The position numbers and the translations under genes were made by a program. A stretch of 64,000 nucleotides of DNA from Octopus sinensis (taxonomy: Eukaryota): positions 31,806,001 to 31,870,000 of the forward strand of contig NC_043003.1 in assembly GCF_006345805.1 (NCBI RefSeq), read 5' to 3'. Position 1 is the stretch's first letter. The number at the start of each line of letters is the position of its first letter. The notes beneath the pieces were generated by a model. It did no database searches and had not been told where the DNA came from. It saw only the letters and a list, made by a program, of their open reading frames with translations. This document shows, one piece after another, positions 1 to 12,523 of the stretch.

Positions 1-2353
1 AGAGCATACAATCAAATTCCTGTTGCAGAAAATGATATACCGACGACAACGATTACCACTCCATTTGGTTTATTTGAATTTCTTCGCATGCCTTTCGGAT
101 TGAGGAACGCAGCAAACACTTTCCAAAGATTTATGGACGAAGTAACAAGAAATTTACCTTACGTATTTGCTTATATAGATGATATTCTCATTGCTAGTCC
201 ATCAGAAGAAGCAAATGAAGAACATTTAAAGAAATTTTCGAAAGATTGACGAATTTTGGCATTGTGATAAATCCATCAAAGTGTGTTTTTGGTGAACCCA
301 CTATATCTTTTCTGGATCATCTTATAGATAAAGATGAAATTCGACCATTACCAGAAAAATTGAAGCAATAAAAAACTTTCCTGTACCGAAGACTTTAAAG
401 AAACTCAGAGAATTTTTAGGGATAGTTAATTTTTACAGAAAGTTTATTCCTAAAGTCACTGAAACCCTATATCCCTTAACTGAGCTATTAAAAAATAGAA
501 AGAAAAAAAATGAAGCCATAACTTTAAAAGAAACAGAATTACAAGCTTTTAGAAAAATTAAAGAGAAACTGTGTAAACCAACACTTTTAAACCATCAGGT
601 TCCTGAAGCAAAATTATCATTGATAGTTGATGTTTCCGATGTTTGAATCGGTGGCGTTCTACAGCAATTTCATTGTAATTCCTGGCAACCATTAGCATTT
701 TTTTCAAAAAAATTCAAAGCACCAGAAACTAAATACAGTGTGTACGGCAGAGAATTGTTGGCAGCTTATTTGTCAATTAAACACTTCAGACATCTTCTTG
801 AAGGTAGGTCATTTACTTTATTCACTGACCATAAACCATTAACATATGCGTTAAAAAGTTCTTCGGAGAAGTATTCTCCTAGAGAAATTAGACACCTTGA
901 TTTTATTTCACAATTTACTGCGGATATACGTTATATCAAGGGTGTTGAAAATTCAGCAGCAGATGCACTTTCTAGAATGAATGTAGATGCATTAAACTCA
1001 TTAAACACTATAAATTTGAAACAAATGTCTAAGGATCAAATTGCAGATAAAGAACTTTCTTTATATAAAAATTCCAATTCAACTTCTTTAAAATTTAAAA
1101 TGTTGCTGATCCATTCGTGTAATTCACATATTTGGTGTGATATTTCTACAGGTTTTTCGAGACCATTTGAGCCTGAAAAGCATAGAAAAAAAGTTTTTTC
1201 TAGCTTACATAATTTATCTCATCCAGGTATAAAAGCTTCATTGAAGTTGATATCAAGTCGTTTTGTTTGGCTTGGTATGAATAAAGATATTCGTTCTTGG
1301 GTAACGTCATGTATGAAATGTCAAAAATCAAAAGTACAGCGTCATATCAAAGCACCATTAGGCACATTTGCAAATCCAGATGCGAGATTCCAACATATCC
1401 ACATCGATATAGTTGGACCATTAACTCCATGTGAGGATAATATGTATTTGTTGACGTGTATCGATCGCTTTTCGAGATGGCCGGAGGCTTATCCGATAAA
1501 AGACGTATCTGCAGTAACTATAGCCAAAACCTTATTTACCAATTGGATGTCTAGATTTGGCATAGCAAACACAGTGACAACAGATCGTGATAGACAATTT
1601 GAGTCTAGCCTGTTCGCAGAATTCAATAAATTTTTGGGGATTAATAGAATTCGTACAACTTCATACCACCCACAATCTAACGGAATGATAGAAAGGTTCC
1701 ATAGGCAGTTGAAATCTTCATTAAGAACTTATGATACTAACAGTTGGTTAGAAGCCTTACCAGTCGTATTATTAGGAATTAGAACTGCTGTTAAAGAAAA
1801 TATACAATATTCTACTGCTGAACTTTTGTACGGAACAACATTAACTCTACCTGGTCAAATATTCGAAGAAACCAATTCTTTTAATGGAGATGATAATGAT
1901 TATGTAACTCGTCTTAAGAGATTTCTTACTGATATTCCTTCTTTTACAAGAAAATTGCAAAATGTTAAAAGCTTTGTTCCTTCTGATATAAATTCTTGGA
2001 CACATGTATTTGTACGTAACGATGCTGCTCATAATTCACTGAAATATAAATACACCGGACCTTTTAAAGTCTTGTCAGTTAGAGACAAAACTATGACTTT
2101 GGAGATAAATGGTAAAAAAGAAATTGTCAGTGTCGACAGAGTAATAAAAGCTTATTTCGACCAACATTCATGTCATGAAAAAGAAGATATGAGCAATACA
2201 TATCAACATAACTTGAAACAAAATGATATTCAAAGAAACAAATCCAATGTTAATGGAAAAACAAAGTCAATTTTGAAATTACCTACATATGTGAAAAAGA
2301 CTAGAAGTGGCAGAATGGTACATTTTCCAAAAAAACTTTCTCAGTTTGTTTGA
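1..2353 (+). mobile_element. pol: Ty3/gypsy LTR retrotransposon pol (RT - RNase H - integrase), 5' part outside the window, apparently disrupted
   Basis: Frame 1 from base 1 reads RAYNQIPV...TPFGLFEFLRMPFGLRNAANTFQRFMD...YIDDILI (RT). After 1-nt shifts near 230 and 360 it continues FLGIVNFYRKFIP and IVDVSD (RNase H), with an in-frame TGA near 645. ORF 740-2353 has ELLA/TDHKPL (RNase H), HNLSHPG..CMKC (integrase Zn domain), HIDIVGPL..DRFSRW..TTDR..SNGMIERFH (DDE core) and a GPF motif. RT-RH-IN order is the gypsy order. Confidence 0.95.
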
Positions 2354-2610
2354 AGATTTTCAAAAAGTTTTGTTTATATTCCTGGATTATATATATAAAA
2401 AAATTTCCAGTGAAATGAAATGAACTGTATATGAACATTATAATTGTAAGCCGTATTGGAAAGGCTAATTTCATATGTTTAACATGTAAATTATAAGTGC
2501 ATTTGTATATATTGATATGTTGTAACCATTAATTCAAATGTATAAAAAAAAAATATGTATTACGAATTTCCTTTCACAAAATTTTAACAATTTTTCTGGC
2601 GAGAGGCTGA

Positions 2611-3183
2611 TGTAGAAATAACCATTTTAGCCATTTTGAAATGTGGCGCGAATTGGCAATATGACGTAATGTCTTTACCGAAGAATTATCATTTTAGTTT
2701 TTTTCCCATTGGTTAATATAACTGCTCATATAAAGATTCTAGAAGTTTCGAAAAGAATGTTTGTCCTGAATTTCGCTTCTTTTTGGTCAGGTTGAGCAGT
2801 TTATAAAAACCCTGGATTTGGGGAGAGACTTTAGTGTTCGTTGGTGTCACATAACTCCACGTCACTCACTCTTTTGGAGGCATCGGTAAAATTTATGCCA
2901 TGTCCGAGTTAATCACAAATCTATTTTGATTTGTTGGTTAACGTATTAGAATAGAAAGAAGAAATTAGCTAAGGAAATTATAGTCGTTTTTCTCCACGAC
3001 GAAGTTATCTTTCTTACTGTATAAAAATATAAAATGTTATATTTCTATAATAAAAAATAATTAAAAAGAATATATTTCTCTTCACGTTTGTTTTTCAACT
3101 GAGCATAGATAAATATGCATTTCTGTAATCTTTGAATTATGTTTCTTATAGCGGTTTAAAGGACACGATTAAAATATTCAACA
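2611..3183 (+). repeat. Probable 3' LTR of the gypsy element, preceded by a polypurine tract
   Basis: Purine-rich GGCGAGAGGCTGA (2598-2610) is followed directly by TGTAGAAATA. The region ends TATTCAACA (3183), giving TG...CA with an imperfect terminal inverted repeat. It contains a TATATAAA-like box and AATAAA. The 5' LTR is not in the window, so the right boundary (3183 or 3187) is unconfirmed. Confidence 0.65.
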
Positions 3184-3329
3184 TACATGGTCGTTGATGT
3201 AGCGTTCCATGCGTATATGTCTCTATGGCGTTATAACTGTAGTTAGGGTTTTAGATATAATGATAATACTTTAGTATAAGTGACGTTGAATCATTATATT
3301 CTCCCTTAGTCAGAGAAAAGCCCAAATAA

Positions 3330-3900
3330 ATAATATAACCTAAGAGAAAGCTTAAGGTAGAATAACCGAAAACCGCAGTAGGAAACCATTTTTTTTCAAG
3401 GATTATCTCACACTCAAATTGGTGTGTGCAGCTGCATTTCCGCGTGGAAAAAAAACACTCTCCTCTTTGGCAATGGTCGAGACATTTTCGTTTCACTGCT
3501 TCTCGTAAACGCTTCAGAACTGCAAAGTATAATGTCTAGTTAACAGTTGAACGAGGAGGAACAAATTCTGTGTAGACAATTCCTTTCGCATAGATGAAAC
3601 AAATCAACATTATGTTGACATTAGACTTCGCTCGACGAACTTTTGGGCGGGATGTGGCATTGTAATATTGAATGCTTCCATTGACTTGATTGCTGTTTCT
3701 TTCCGGGTCGTCACCCTAGCCCAAGCTCTCCCTGAACGAAGTCGTTATTGGAGCGACCTAAAGCGTGAAAACCACTCGTAAATTGTATTTTGCTCATGGA
3801 AGCGTCTTTATAAGTAGTGTGAAGTATGACAACTGTTTAGACCGACGTGTTCCCAAACAGAAAGCAGAATTTCACGGAAGCACACTGTCCCTTTCATCCA
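3330..3900 (-). mobile_element. Degenerate, internally deleted mariner transposase
   Basis: Minus-strand translation gives VKFCFLFGNT..YKDASMSK..YEWFSRFR (HTH region), then QQSSQWKH, KVRRAKSNVNIMLICFIYAKGIVYTEFVPP..VLKRLREAVKRK and NAAAHT, with stops and frameshifts. Confidence 0.85.
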
Positions 3901-4329
3901 TTTCAATATATATACTGATATATTGTAGGAAGCTACAAAACCGAGGTATCTATCTTGCATTTCGATTACATATATATATAGTATATCATCTAAGTGATAT
4001 TAGCCAATTGTAAACTTCCATATATCGTAAATTTCTTAAGGAAGGAAACCGTTTTGCGGTAGCTCTGTCAAAATTTCCTCTTTGATCTTTTTGTCATAGT
4101 TGTTTTCTGCCTGGGTATACCGTGTAATATGCGCAGTAGTTAGTCACTTTTTATTTTCATTTTATTTTTATTTTCAATTTATTTTCGTTTCTTCTCGGTT
4201 TTCTTGTTTCTTCATTCATTATATTTTCTTCCTTTTTAAACTAATTTATTTCAATACTTTTTGTTTCATCTGCATCATATAGAAACTCTTAAAATCGTTT
4301 TGTGGCTCTCTTACACACCTTGAATCTAT

Positions 4330-5880
4330 GTTTTATGCATGTGATCAGATAACCGCATTCGAAAAAATCAGTGTTGTTGACCTTGATATATTTGTGAAAC
4401 GTTCTTAATTAACTTTAGCTGTTTTCTATTAAGATGTTTCATCTTGAAGTTTGTCTTTTGTGGTCTCCTATTATCTTCTTTACAATTTTTCGGTAATCTT
4501 AACAACTGAGAGTAGCCTAGGTGTTTCCAATATAGTTAAGTTTTCTCTATATTAAAGACGTTTCTTACTGGTAATAGAGATAATTGATGTATTGAGGGTT
4601 GGTTGTTGATACTGGCTTAAAGTATACTGGATAGAGCTTAATGTATGCTATAAATTGAACAGAACATGACCTCCAGTCATCTGAACTTCCAATGTCAGTG
4701 ACTGTTTTAATGAAAATATTATATCAATATATTAACATTACAATGCAATAATAGAACGTTATTTCTTTCTCTTGTTTGAGGACTACAGAGTTTAGCAAAC
4801 TCGTTCGATTATTCATACTCCTCACCTGTACGTCGAATTTTCTACTTTTCGAAGGTAGATATACAGTTATGCCGACCTGTTCTTGACAGAAATTGCAACA
4901 TTAGATTTACCGATAGTATTAGAAACGACCTTCATCACGTCTTTTAACTATTTTCAAAAAAGTCAACATTAAATTGACATTCTTCACAGTAAACTGTAAT
5001 TGCTTTCTGTAAGTCAAGTAAACGGGTATGGCGCAAACAGAGAAAATAAAACCACTTTATGAACGTTATAACCTTTAGGATATATGCTCTTGCTTGTTAT
5101 AATGTATCTAACCCTTTCGTTTTTCGGACGATATACAATGCCCGCTTCACTTACTGCAATGGATGTTTAAAATGGAATGCTTTCAAAGGAAAAAACAAGC
5201 ACTTACATTAAAACCGCCAATAGTACAAAGGGAATATTAACTAGTGTTATGCACCCTATAATTCGAAATAGCTACGCCGGTTACAAAATATTTTCATTAA
5301 CCTGATGGCATCTCTAATCCTATTTGAAGAACTGTAAAAATCCCCGTCCCAAACTTGACTTATCTGCTTGTCAAAATACGAGTCATCTATCATCTTTCCG
5401 AAGACTTTCATTGTACTCGGAGCTACATTGTGCACTTACGAATCTAATATGCTTCAGTAAATAGGGTTTAACAAAGGAACACGGCGTGTACCACAAACAT
5501 GTACGTGGGCCTCAGATTTAATACTTTCAGGATCAGATATAATAATCTATTTTTTAATATTTGCTTTTATTACGGTAACATCATCATGTATTACCTTATT
5601 TTCAATGTAGTATTGTAATCATTATATCCAATTCGTCTTATCAGTGCATTCGACATTTTCACCAACTATCTCCTCAAAACATTTGTTTCTTCAATTTTCA
5701 GTTTTATGCTATCATTTGCTCTCTTCGATTTGAGTGAAATAGACGATTTTGCTTTTTCGTCTCATTGTATTTTCTGGTTTTCTGCTGCTTTTGATTTTAA
5801 TCGCTGCTTTATGTCGCAATTCACGGCCTCAATTTCCCAGAAATTTACTGTTCTGTGTTTTCTTCTAGTTTACCTAAAGA
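4330..5880 (-). mobile_element. Highly decayed Penelope-like retroelement remnant
   Basis: Minus strand near 5350-5405 reads LRKDDR*LVF*QADKSS, resembling the PLE N-terminal (K/P)ADKG motif. The rest is only weakly interpretable. Confidence 0.35.
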
Positions 5881-5920
5881 GTAAAGATCATTCCTCATGA
5901 AATACATAAATAGTTTATAC

Positions 5921-6120
5921 TACAAGGCTCAAAAGTTTTGGGGACTGGACTAAGTCGATTATTAATGGACACCAAAGTTGATGTGCTACTTATTGCATTG
6001 GCACTGAAAAGATGAAACACAAGCTTTTACTAGGAAGATTTTGAACTCACAATATTATGACGGATGAAATGCTGCTTAGCAATTCTATTGCGCGATAACG
6101 ACTCTGGCAGCTCTCTGCCA
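5921..6120 (-). mobile_element. tRNA-head SINE (GGCGGCGAGCTGGCAGAA family), decayed
   Basis: Reverse complement begins ggcagagagctgccagagtcgttatcg...tgagttcaaa and is homologous to the copies at 7830, 23070 and 37001. Confidence 0.75.
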
Positions 6121-6173
6121 CGTATACACACATACATACATGCATGCATGCATAAATACATACATACATACAT

Positions 6174-6241
<68 letters not shown>

Positions 6242-7829
6242 CGGAGAGTTTGTATGAGTGTGAGTGCGTTTGTTCCTTATGCATTCCAAAACCAAAACTG
6301 ATTTTCATGTAGGGGGTATTAAAAGATTCAGTAAACTTTGCGCTACGAACCAAACTATATTTTCATTCACATATTTGCACTACAAAAATTTAACATTATC
6401 ATCTTTATTTTAGTCACCTATCGTAAACGACATTTTATATCACCATCACAACGGCAATGACCACATTTTCTATATTAGTGTGTTCGCACGTTCGTTACCT
6501 AAGTTAGGTCGATAATTGACAAGTATATGTCAGTGGCTTCGTATGTCTCTGACACACACGCACACACACCTAAAGACAGAGACAGGGACACACTCGGCGG
6601 CAGAGATAGGCTTCAAGTGTGCGTTAATGTGTGTGTCTCTTAAGTTATGTAACTTCCCTTCCCACCAACAGTGAAACGCGCCGATATTGAAAGTTTACTT
6701 GCGACCTAGACTTCAAACAAAAAACAACGTTCACTTTCAAGTAGTACCAAAATGAAGATTTGGCTGATTTAACACCACTCACAATACTCGCAAATACATC
6801 TGGAAAAAAATTTTATTCTGGTTATTTTAAGAAATTCGGAAAATTGCCGAAGTAGAAAGCCTCAGCGTGTCTCTTTCAATATAATTACAGAAATGTTATT
6901 CTGCTCCTTCTAATCAGTTTCAAGATATTTTTAACAGTCCTTGTATTCTTCATCACTGTGAGTTTCAATGACGCACAACCTTTTTTACTGCGTTACTCGG
7001 TATTTATTCTCCAGACTTTAACGATACACAGTTTAAAAATATATTGTAATGACAAATTGATTTATATCTTGCTACACAGAACCTTCGGCAAATATTTTTA
7101 ATTAACGCTCGCAAGAACAGCATCAACCTTTTTATACACTTGGTTCAGCGTTCGTTTCAAAATTGTAAAATAGATTATTTTTGTATGAAAAAATGAATTG
7201 TGCCTTCTGAATTTTCTTGGACTTTCACTTTCTTTGCCGTGACATTCATTCAATTGTGAATTTGATAACCTTTAGTACATGTTCTAAATAAATGTTGGCT
7301 TTCTGTACTGTCTTACATTGGTGATGCACACTAACTTTTACTAAATTGGTGACTTACCATTTTTATAGCATAACTGTACTGCAAAATGTATGTTTTGCAC
7401 CTATATTGACAACATTTCGTTTCGCTTAACTTCGTTTGTGTACGTTTTGCTGTCTTCAATATTATCTTTTGTATGAGTGTGTGTGTGTTTGTTCCTGCGT
7501 TCATTACGTCTATAGTAAACTATAGTAAAGAACATTTTACGCTGTTTTTACACGAGTCCACATCTAATGAAGTAGCCATACTTATGGTAGGTGATCGTAT
7601 TGATATTCTCATTCGTGTTCGAGATAACAATCTTGAACGTGTTTCACATACTTATCCATCTTATGATGTTCTCCAGTAAACTCTTATTCTGTGGAATGGA
7701 CAAGATGGATATTATTTCAATATTCCTCGGATTGAACCGGTAAAAGGATAGACAATTACAAATAAAAGGGTGTCGTCAAATTACTTCTATTATTATCAAC
7801 TGATGTTAAGACCAAAACAATCAAATCTT

Positions 7830-8024
7830 TTCTACTATAAGCACAAGGCCTGAAATTTCGGGGGAGGGGACCAGTCGATTACATCGACCACAGTGTCTCA
7901 ATGGTATTTAATTCACCGACTCCGAAAGAATGAAAGGCAAAGGTGACCCTGGTGGCGTTTGAAGACAGGCGAAATACCGCTCAAGCATTTTGCCCGGCAT
8001 GCTAACAACTCTGTCAGCTCGCCA
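7830..8024 (-). mobile_element. tRNA-head SINE (GGCGGCGAGCTGGCAGAA family)
   Basis: Reverse complement reads ggcgagctgacagagttgttagcatgccgggcaaaatgcttgagcggtatttcg...tttgcctttcattctttcggagtcg...gtcgatgtaatcgact, matching 37001-37238. Confidence 0.85.
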
Positions 8025-9979
8025 CTTTCCAGGACAATCAAATCAAATCAATTACACATGTCAAATAAACTTTATTTTCATTTATATATTTCTAAGTTAT
8101 CTAAATAACCAGTTCTAGTTATTGCAACTACACTTCTCTACGACGACCAGGTTTCATTTAAAAAATGAACCAAAATTACGAAGTGTTGCATTCTGAGAGT
8201 GACGATGTGTGAATAATGAAAGTAATGTTTCTCCAAATTAGTCACGTCTGTTATAATAATGAAAGCTGTCTGTTATCTATCTACCAAATAAACTGTTTTT
8301 CACTCAACAGCTCTTTCTTACAATTAAAATAACCTCGGCATCTAGGTTGTGACCTCGGAGAATATTTTGATTTGCTCCTAATGTATCACTTTCGTCCGAT
8401 GTTTCACACATGTGTAGAATTCTACTCAGGCGAACATTTCTGAAAATGTACACAAATATTGTATTAAAATTAGCTACACCCAACAAAATTCCATTAAAAG
8501 ACATCTATTTTTTTTATATATTATGAGGAAATAGAGACTCTCCCTCTCTCACACAGAGAATAGATGTATGCCCATGTATTTATAGGCGAAGGTCAAGAAT
8601 ACGCACTCCCGGTGTTTAGGGTTAGGGTCACTCCGAAAACGGGTGGTGTGCGTATTCTTTACCTTGACCGATTTATGTACGTGTATATGTAAGATAATGT
8701 GTGTGTGTGTGTGTGTGTGTGTGAGATTGTGTGTGAGTGCCACAACACACAACTTCACTCACTCATTCTCTCTCTCACACACACTCGTCCATTTCATATG
8801 CACGTACATCTTACATTTTCTCCTCTTTTTTGCTTTCTCCTCTCACTTCAAAGCAAATGTGCCTTTTCACTTTATGCTGTCTTTTAATTTCTGCTCTCTT
8901 CAAAACATGCAGAAATTAAGACAATTCTACGGAAATTAACAAACAATCATATGATCCCATATATGTCGAGTTAGCAACTTTGCATTTTCAAATGAAAGAA
9001 TGCCATAAAATAACTTCCTTTCACACACACACACACCAGGTAAAACCTCTGTGCGAATTACGTTAATTCTTGCAGTGTGTGCGTGCAAATTTACTGCTGA
9101 AATTCAATTGAAATTATCTTTATCTATCAAGTAATTTGTGCTAGTGATGAGCATATTTAAGTATCTGATCTTGGATATAAACGTAAAAGAAAGTTTTCCC
9201 AGAAATTCTATTCAATTTTGTCCTTTACCTCTTCTTTCTAGCATGTCCGAAGTGACATTCCCCCCACCGTTATTTTTTTCCTAAATTTCTTCCGATTCCT
9301 GTGTTTGCGATGCCGGATATTACGATTTCACCAACAAAACACGTTCTCAATATTTTAATTTTCTACCTCTCCATGCCAAATTCAGTTATTACTTTTTTCA
9401 AATTTTTCTGTTTGGTAATTCATGAAGAAAAAATAGAGAGTACAACACTTTAAGAATTCTAACCGTCACAATATCACTTTCTAAAAGCTATACACTGCCA
9501 ATATTTACACTCTTAGCTTTTTTGGAAGCAGGGAAGTTTCTTCGGAAATAAAGTCGTTTACGTGTTGTTTCTAGCATGTCGGGTTTTCCAGTGGTGGTCT
9601 GGTATTTTTTAAGTCTACTATTTCAGTAGAATTTTACGCATGCGGGAAACATAAGACAAAAATGAAAGATTGGGAAAGTTTAGCTTTTTGAAAGCTGGTA
9701 GGTGATGGATACGCGAGGTGGGGAAGGGGCATTGAGTGTTTTTTAAAGAAAAATTAAACTATATATATTCGTAATCTCTGTATTTTTCTATGTAAATTGA
9801 AAAAGTTACAATTAAGAAATTGCGGTGGGGATAGAGGGAAATTGAAATTGTGAAAACGTGATTTCTGGACAACATCGTATTAAATTCCCTTTATACAATG
9901 AAACAATATATAGTTACTGATCCTTCTTGTGAACAGAAAGCACTTTCCTGCGAGCCCATGCAAATTGTATCCTCACACA

Positions 9980-10035
<56 letters not shown>

Positions 10036-10214
10036 AGAGATTGTGTCTGTTTGCCCCACAAAACATATTTGAAACACCATCTCATTTATAAGCGTTGGTG
10101 TTTTGTCCATTTTCGCATTTTAGCTATGGTGATGATATTGATAATAGTGGGACCAGAGTTAAAGTTCGTAGATTTCAATTAATCGACACCTTTCTCTCTC
10201 CACCTATCTCTCTC

Positions 10215-10345
10215 TAATGACTGCTGCAAGTACAAATAAAAAAAAACATCCTGGGGTCAATACGTCTAACTAAAATTTTTTCAAGGCAGTGTCCCAGCAT
10301 TGTCACCATCTAATGACTGAAACAAGCAAAAGATGAAAAGAAATA
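10215..10345 (+). mobile_element. SINE 3' tail fragment
   Basis: caaggcagtgtcccagcattgtcaccatctaatgactgaaacaagcaaaagatgaaaaga is a SINE-type tail. A related piece occurs in reverse at 22695-22712. Confidence 0.5.
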
Positions 10346-11155
10346 AAATATAAAAGAAAATCATAAGTGTGGATGTTTTGTCCACTTCCACCAGCAGAGA
10401 TCTGTCTGTCTCACTCTTTCTGTCCCTCTAAAAGCACACACACACACACGCAAGTACGCGCATACCCCCACATATATATGTATATTATTTCGTGTTTCAG
10501 ATATTCCTATTCTTCTAACATCTCCGTTCAGATATAAGTATAGAAATTTCTTTCACATAAGCAGTGACTATCTGACTGTAAATCCATACGCACACAGACA
10601 CAAAATCACAGCGGAGCGAAGATATATCGACACACCGGAAAAAAGACAATCAACAAAGCCTTGTCCTGCATTCCTGTAACATACCGTCGGAATTTCAGCA
10701 AAAACACTGACGCCATTCAGTAGTTGTACATTCATTTCACTACAACTTACTGATATTCCTTATCAAAATCATTTCTGATTCCCTTCAGCTATTCTTCTAT
10801 ATGATATACCTATTTTCCTTGCATGACTGTCATACAGCGTCCGAATTTCATTTCACTATTATTTACTGATATTTATTATTAAAAAAAATATCTCATAAAA
10901 GAAGACCGTCACAAAAGGAACACAAAAAAACCCCATTATTTACCCTTATATTAATAATATAAGGGTAATAATTATTAATTTCAAAATCAACAATTATTTG
11001 CGGATAAATTTCGGTATGGTTATAAAGGTTATATATATATATATATATATATATATAACGGGAAGCTTTATGAAAATAGACAAAAGACGAAGGCAGGTGG
11101 AAAACAAACAAACAATTGTATTAGTATGGCGCTCAGGAAATATAAATAAAACAAG

Positions 11156-11193
11156 TCTTTAACGTTTCGAGCCTACGCTCTTCAACAGAAAGA
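11156..11193 (-). ncRNA. Minimal type I hammerhead-like motif with variant core (CUGUUGA), at a PLE-type terminus
   Basis: Reverse complement: TCTTT-CTGTTGA-A-GAGC gtag GCTC-GAAAC-GTT-AAAGA. Stem I is UCUUU/AAAGA, stem II is GAGC/GCUC, stem III is the palindrome AACGUU. The core deviates from CUGANGA at A6. Confidence 0.55.
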
Positions 11194-11347
11194 TACACAG
11201 AGAGAAAAAAAACACAGAAAGAAGGGGATAATAAAACGAATGGTTTACACCTCGTAGCTTACTGGTAAAGGACGGTCATTCTCAGAGTGATCGTTTGGTA
11301 TATAACAAATGAAAGACAGAAGAAGGAATATATGAAAATTTATTATT

Positions 11348-11455
11348 AATCACGACAATTGTTTCGACACATCTAGCATGGATTCCTCTTTGGTGGAACA
11401 ATCAACAACTCGTTCAGGAATATCCGGTTGTGTAGATGTATCTTGTCGGCTGATA
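11348..11455 (-). ncRNA. Degenerate type I hammerhead in the 3' terminus of the 11.3-15.0 kb PLE
   Basis: Reverse complement: CCGACAA (decayed core) - gatacatcta...tagatgtgtc (10-bp stem II) - GAAAC aatt GTC, with stem III palindrome ACAATTGT. Confidence 0.55.
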
Positions 11456-12523
11456 AATAAATAAAAAGAACGCGTTACAATGACGGTTCCACAATGTAAC
11501 TTACCGTTTTTTAGTGAGAAAAACGGCCAGACGGAGAAAAAATCTTCATATATATATATGTAGAAGATTAAGAATAAAATTGCAGATAAGAAAAAAGAGA
11601 AACGAATACGTAATCCAGCGAGAAAAGTATTGAAAATAACCGTTAATAGGTAGGGATGTTTAAAAGCCCTCGGGCAAGCTGCATGGCATGAGTACACACG
11701 CTCATACAAGCATCAGCAAAAATGTGAGCATATGCACACGCAAGGTTTGATGCACTCATGATACCAAAGTGAGTTAATTATTTACTTGGTGTTTATAAGT
11801 ATGGGGAGATTTAAAGTAAACTCAAGTCATTCATAACTTAAAGTAAATTAATTTAAATTAAGTTAATGATTACTCAAAATTCATTCTCACTGCATTGTGT
11901 AAAAATACATTTATATGCATGTAGTCATCTCGATAGTCGTTCAAAAATTCTATTAATTATCTTCCCGTTAGTCCACAGAATAGATAGAGATTCCTCGGAG
12001 CAGAGACGACATCTTCTGGAAATTATATTGTATGGCTTTGCATGTCTAAATATGGACCAATTAATGTTGCACTTCGTTTTATCCCCCTTCAATCACCATA
12101 TAAAATCTCCCAAACATTTTAAATGTCTCTTATTTATCGATTTAAAGCTGGCAACAGGTTTACGATAACCATTATTAAATGAATCAGCCGTTTTCCCAAT
12201 CTTGACATAGGTTTCTCCCCTTGTGTGTACGGTTCATTTATATACAAGATATGCATTCGTGCAGAGATTCATCAAGGGACATTTAGATTTATCACTGCAT
12301 GGGCATTTATCGTATTTATTTGTATATAAAGTAGTCCCGACTCCATTTACCGGCGTTGTTACCGTGTTAGTTGTATCATGAGTATTTCTACTACAACAAA
12401 TTGGTCGAAGTTGATGTTTATCAATGCGGTTCACATTTCCTTAGTTGGTATTTACATGCAAATATTTGCTATCCATTGGGTGGGTTATTGAAACATTACC
12501 ACATTTTGCTATTGTTTATGCTA

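Noticed and set aside
740-742. Start of the 537-aa ORF as a real initiation codon
   Set aside because: It is a GTG inside the RNase H domain. The frame is the continuation of the upstream pol.
3184-3200. TGGTCG after the LTR as a primer-binding site (which would imply a tandem element)
   Set aside because: No convincing complementarity to a tRNA 3' end beyond TGG, and no gag follows.
6030-6353. ORFs rich in YI/IY, CV, HT, poly-L, poly-H, poly-I or poly-Y here and throughout the ORF track
   Set aside because: They are translations of (TA)n, (TG)n, (AAT)n and (CAT)n microsatellites, open on both strands.
8616-8627. TTAGGG pair as a telomere or true interstitial telomeric array
   Set aside because: Only two units. 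Kept only as part of the hairpin observation.
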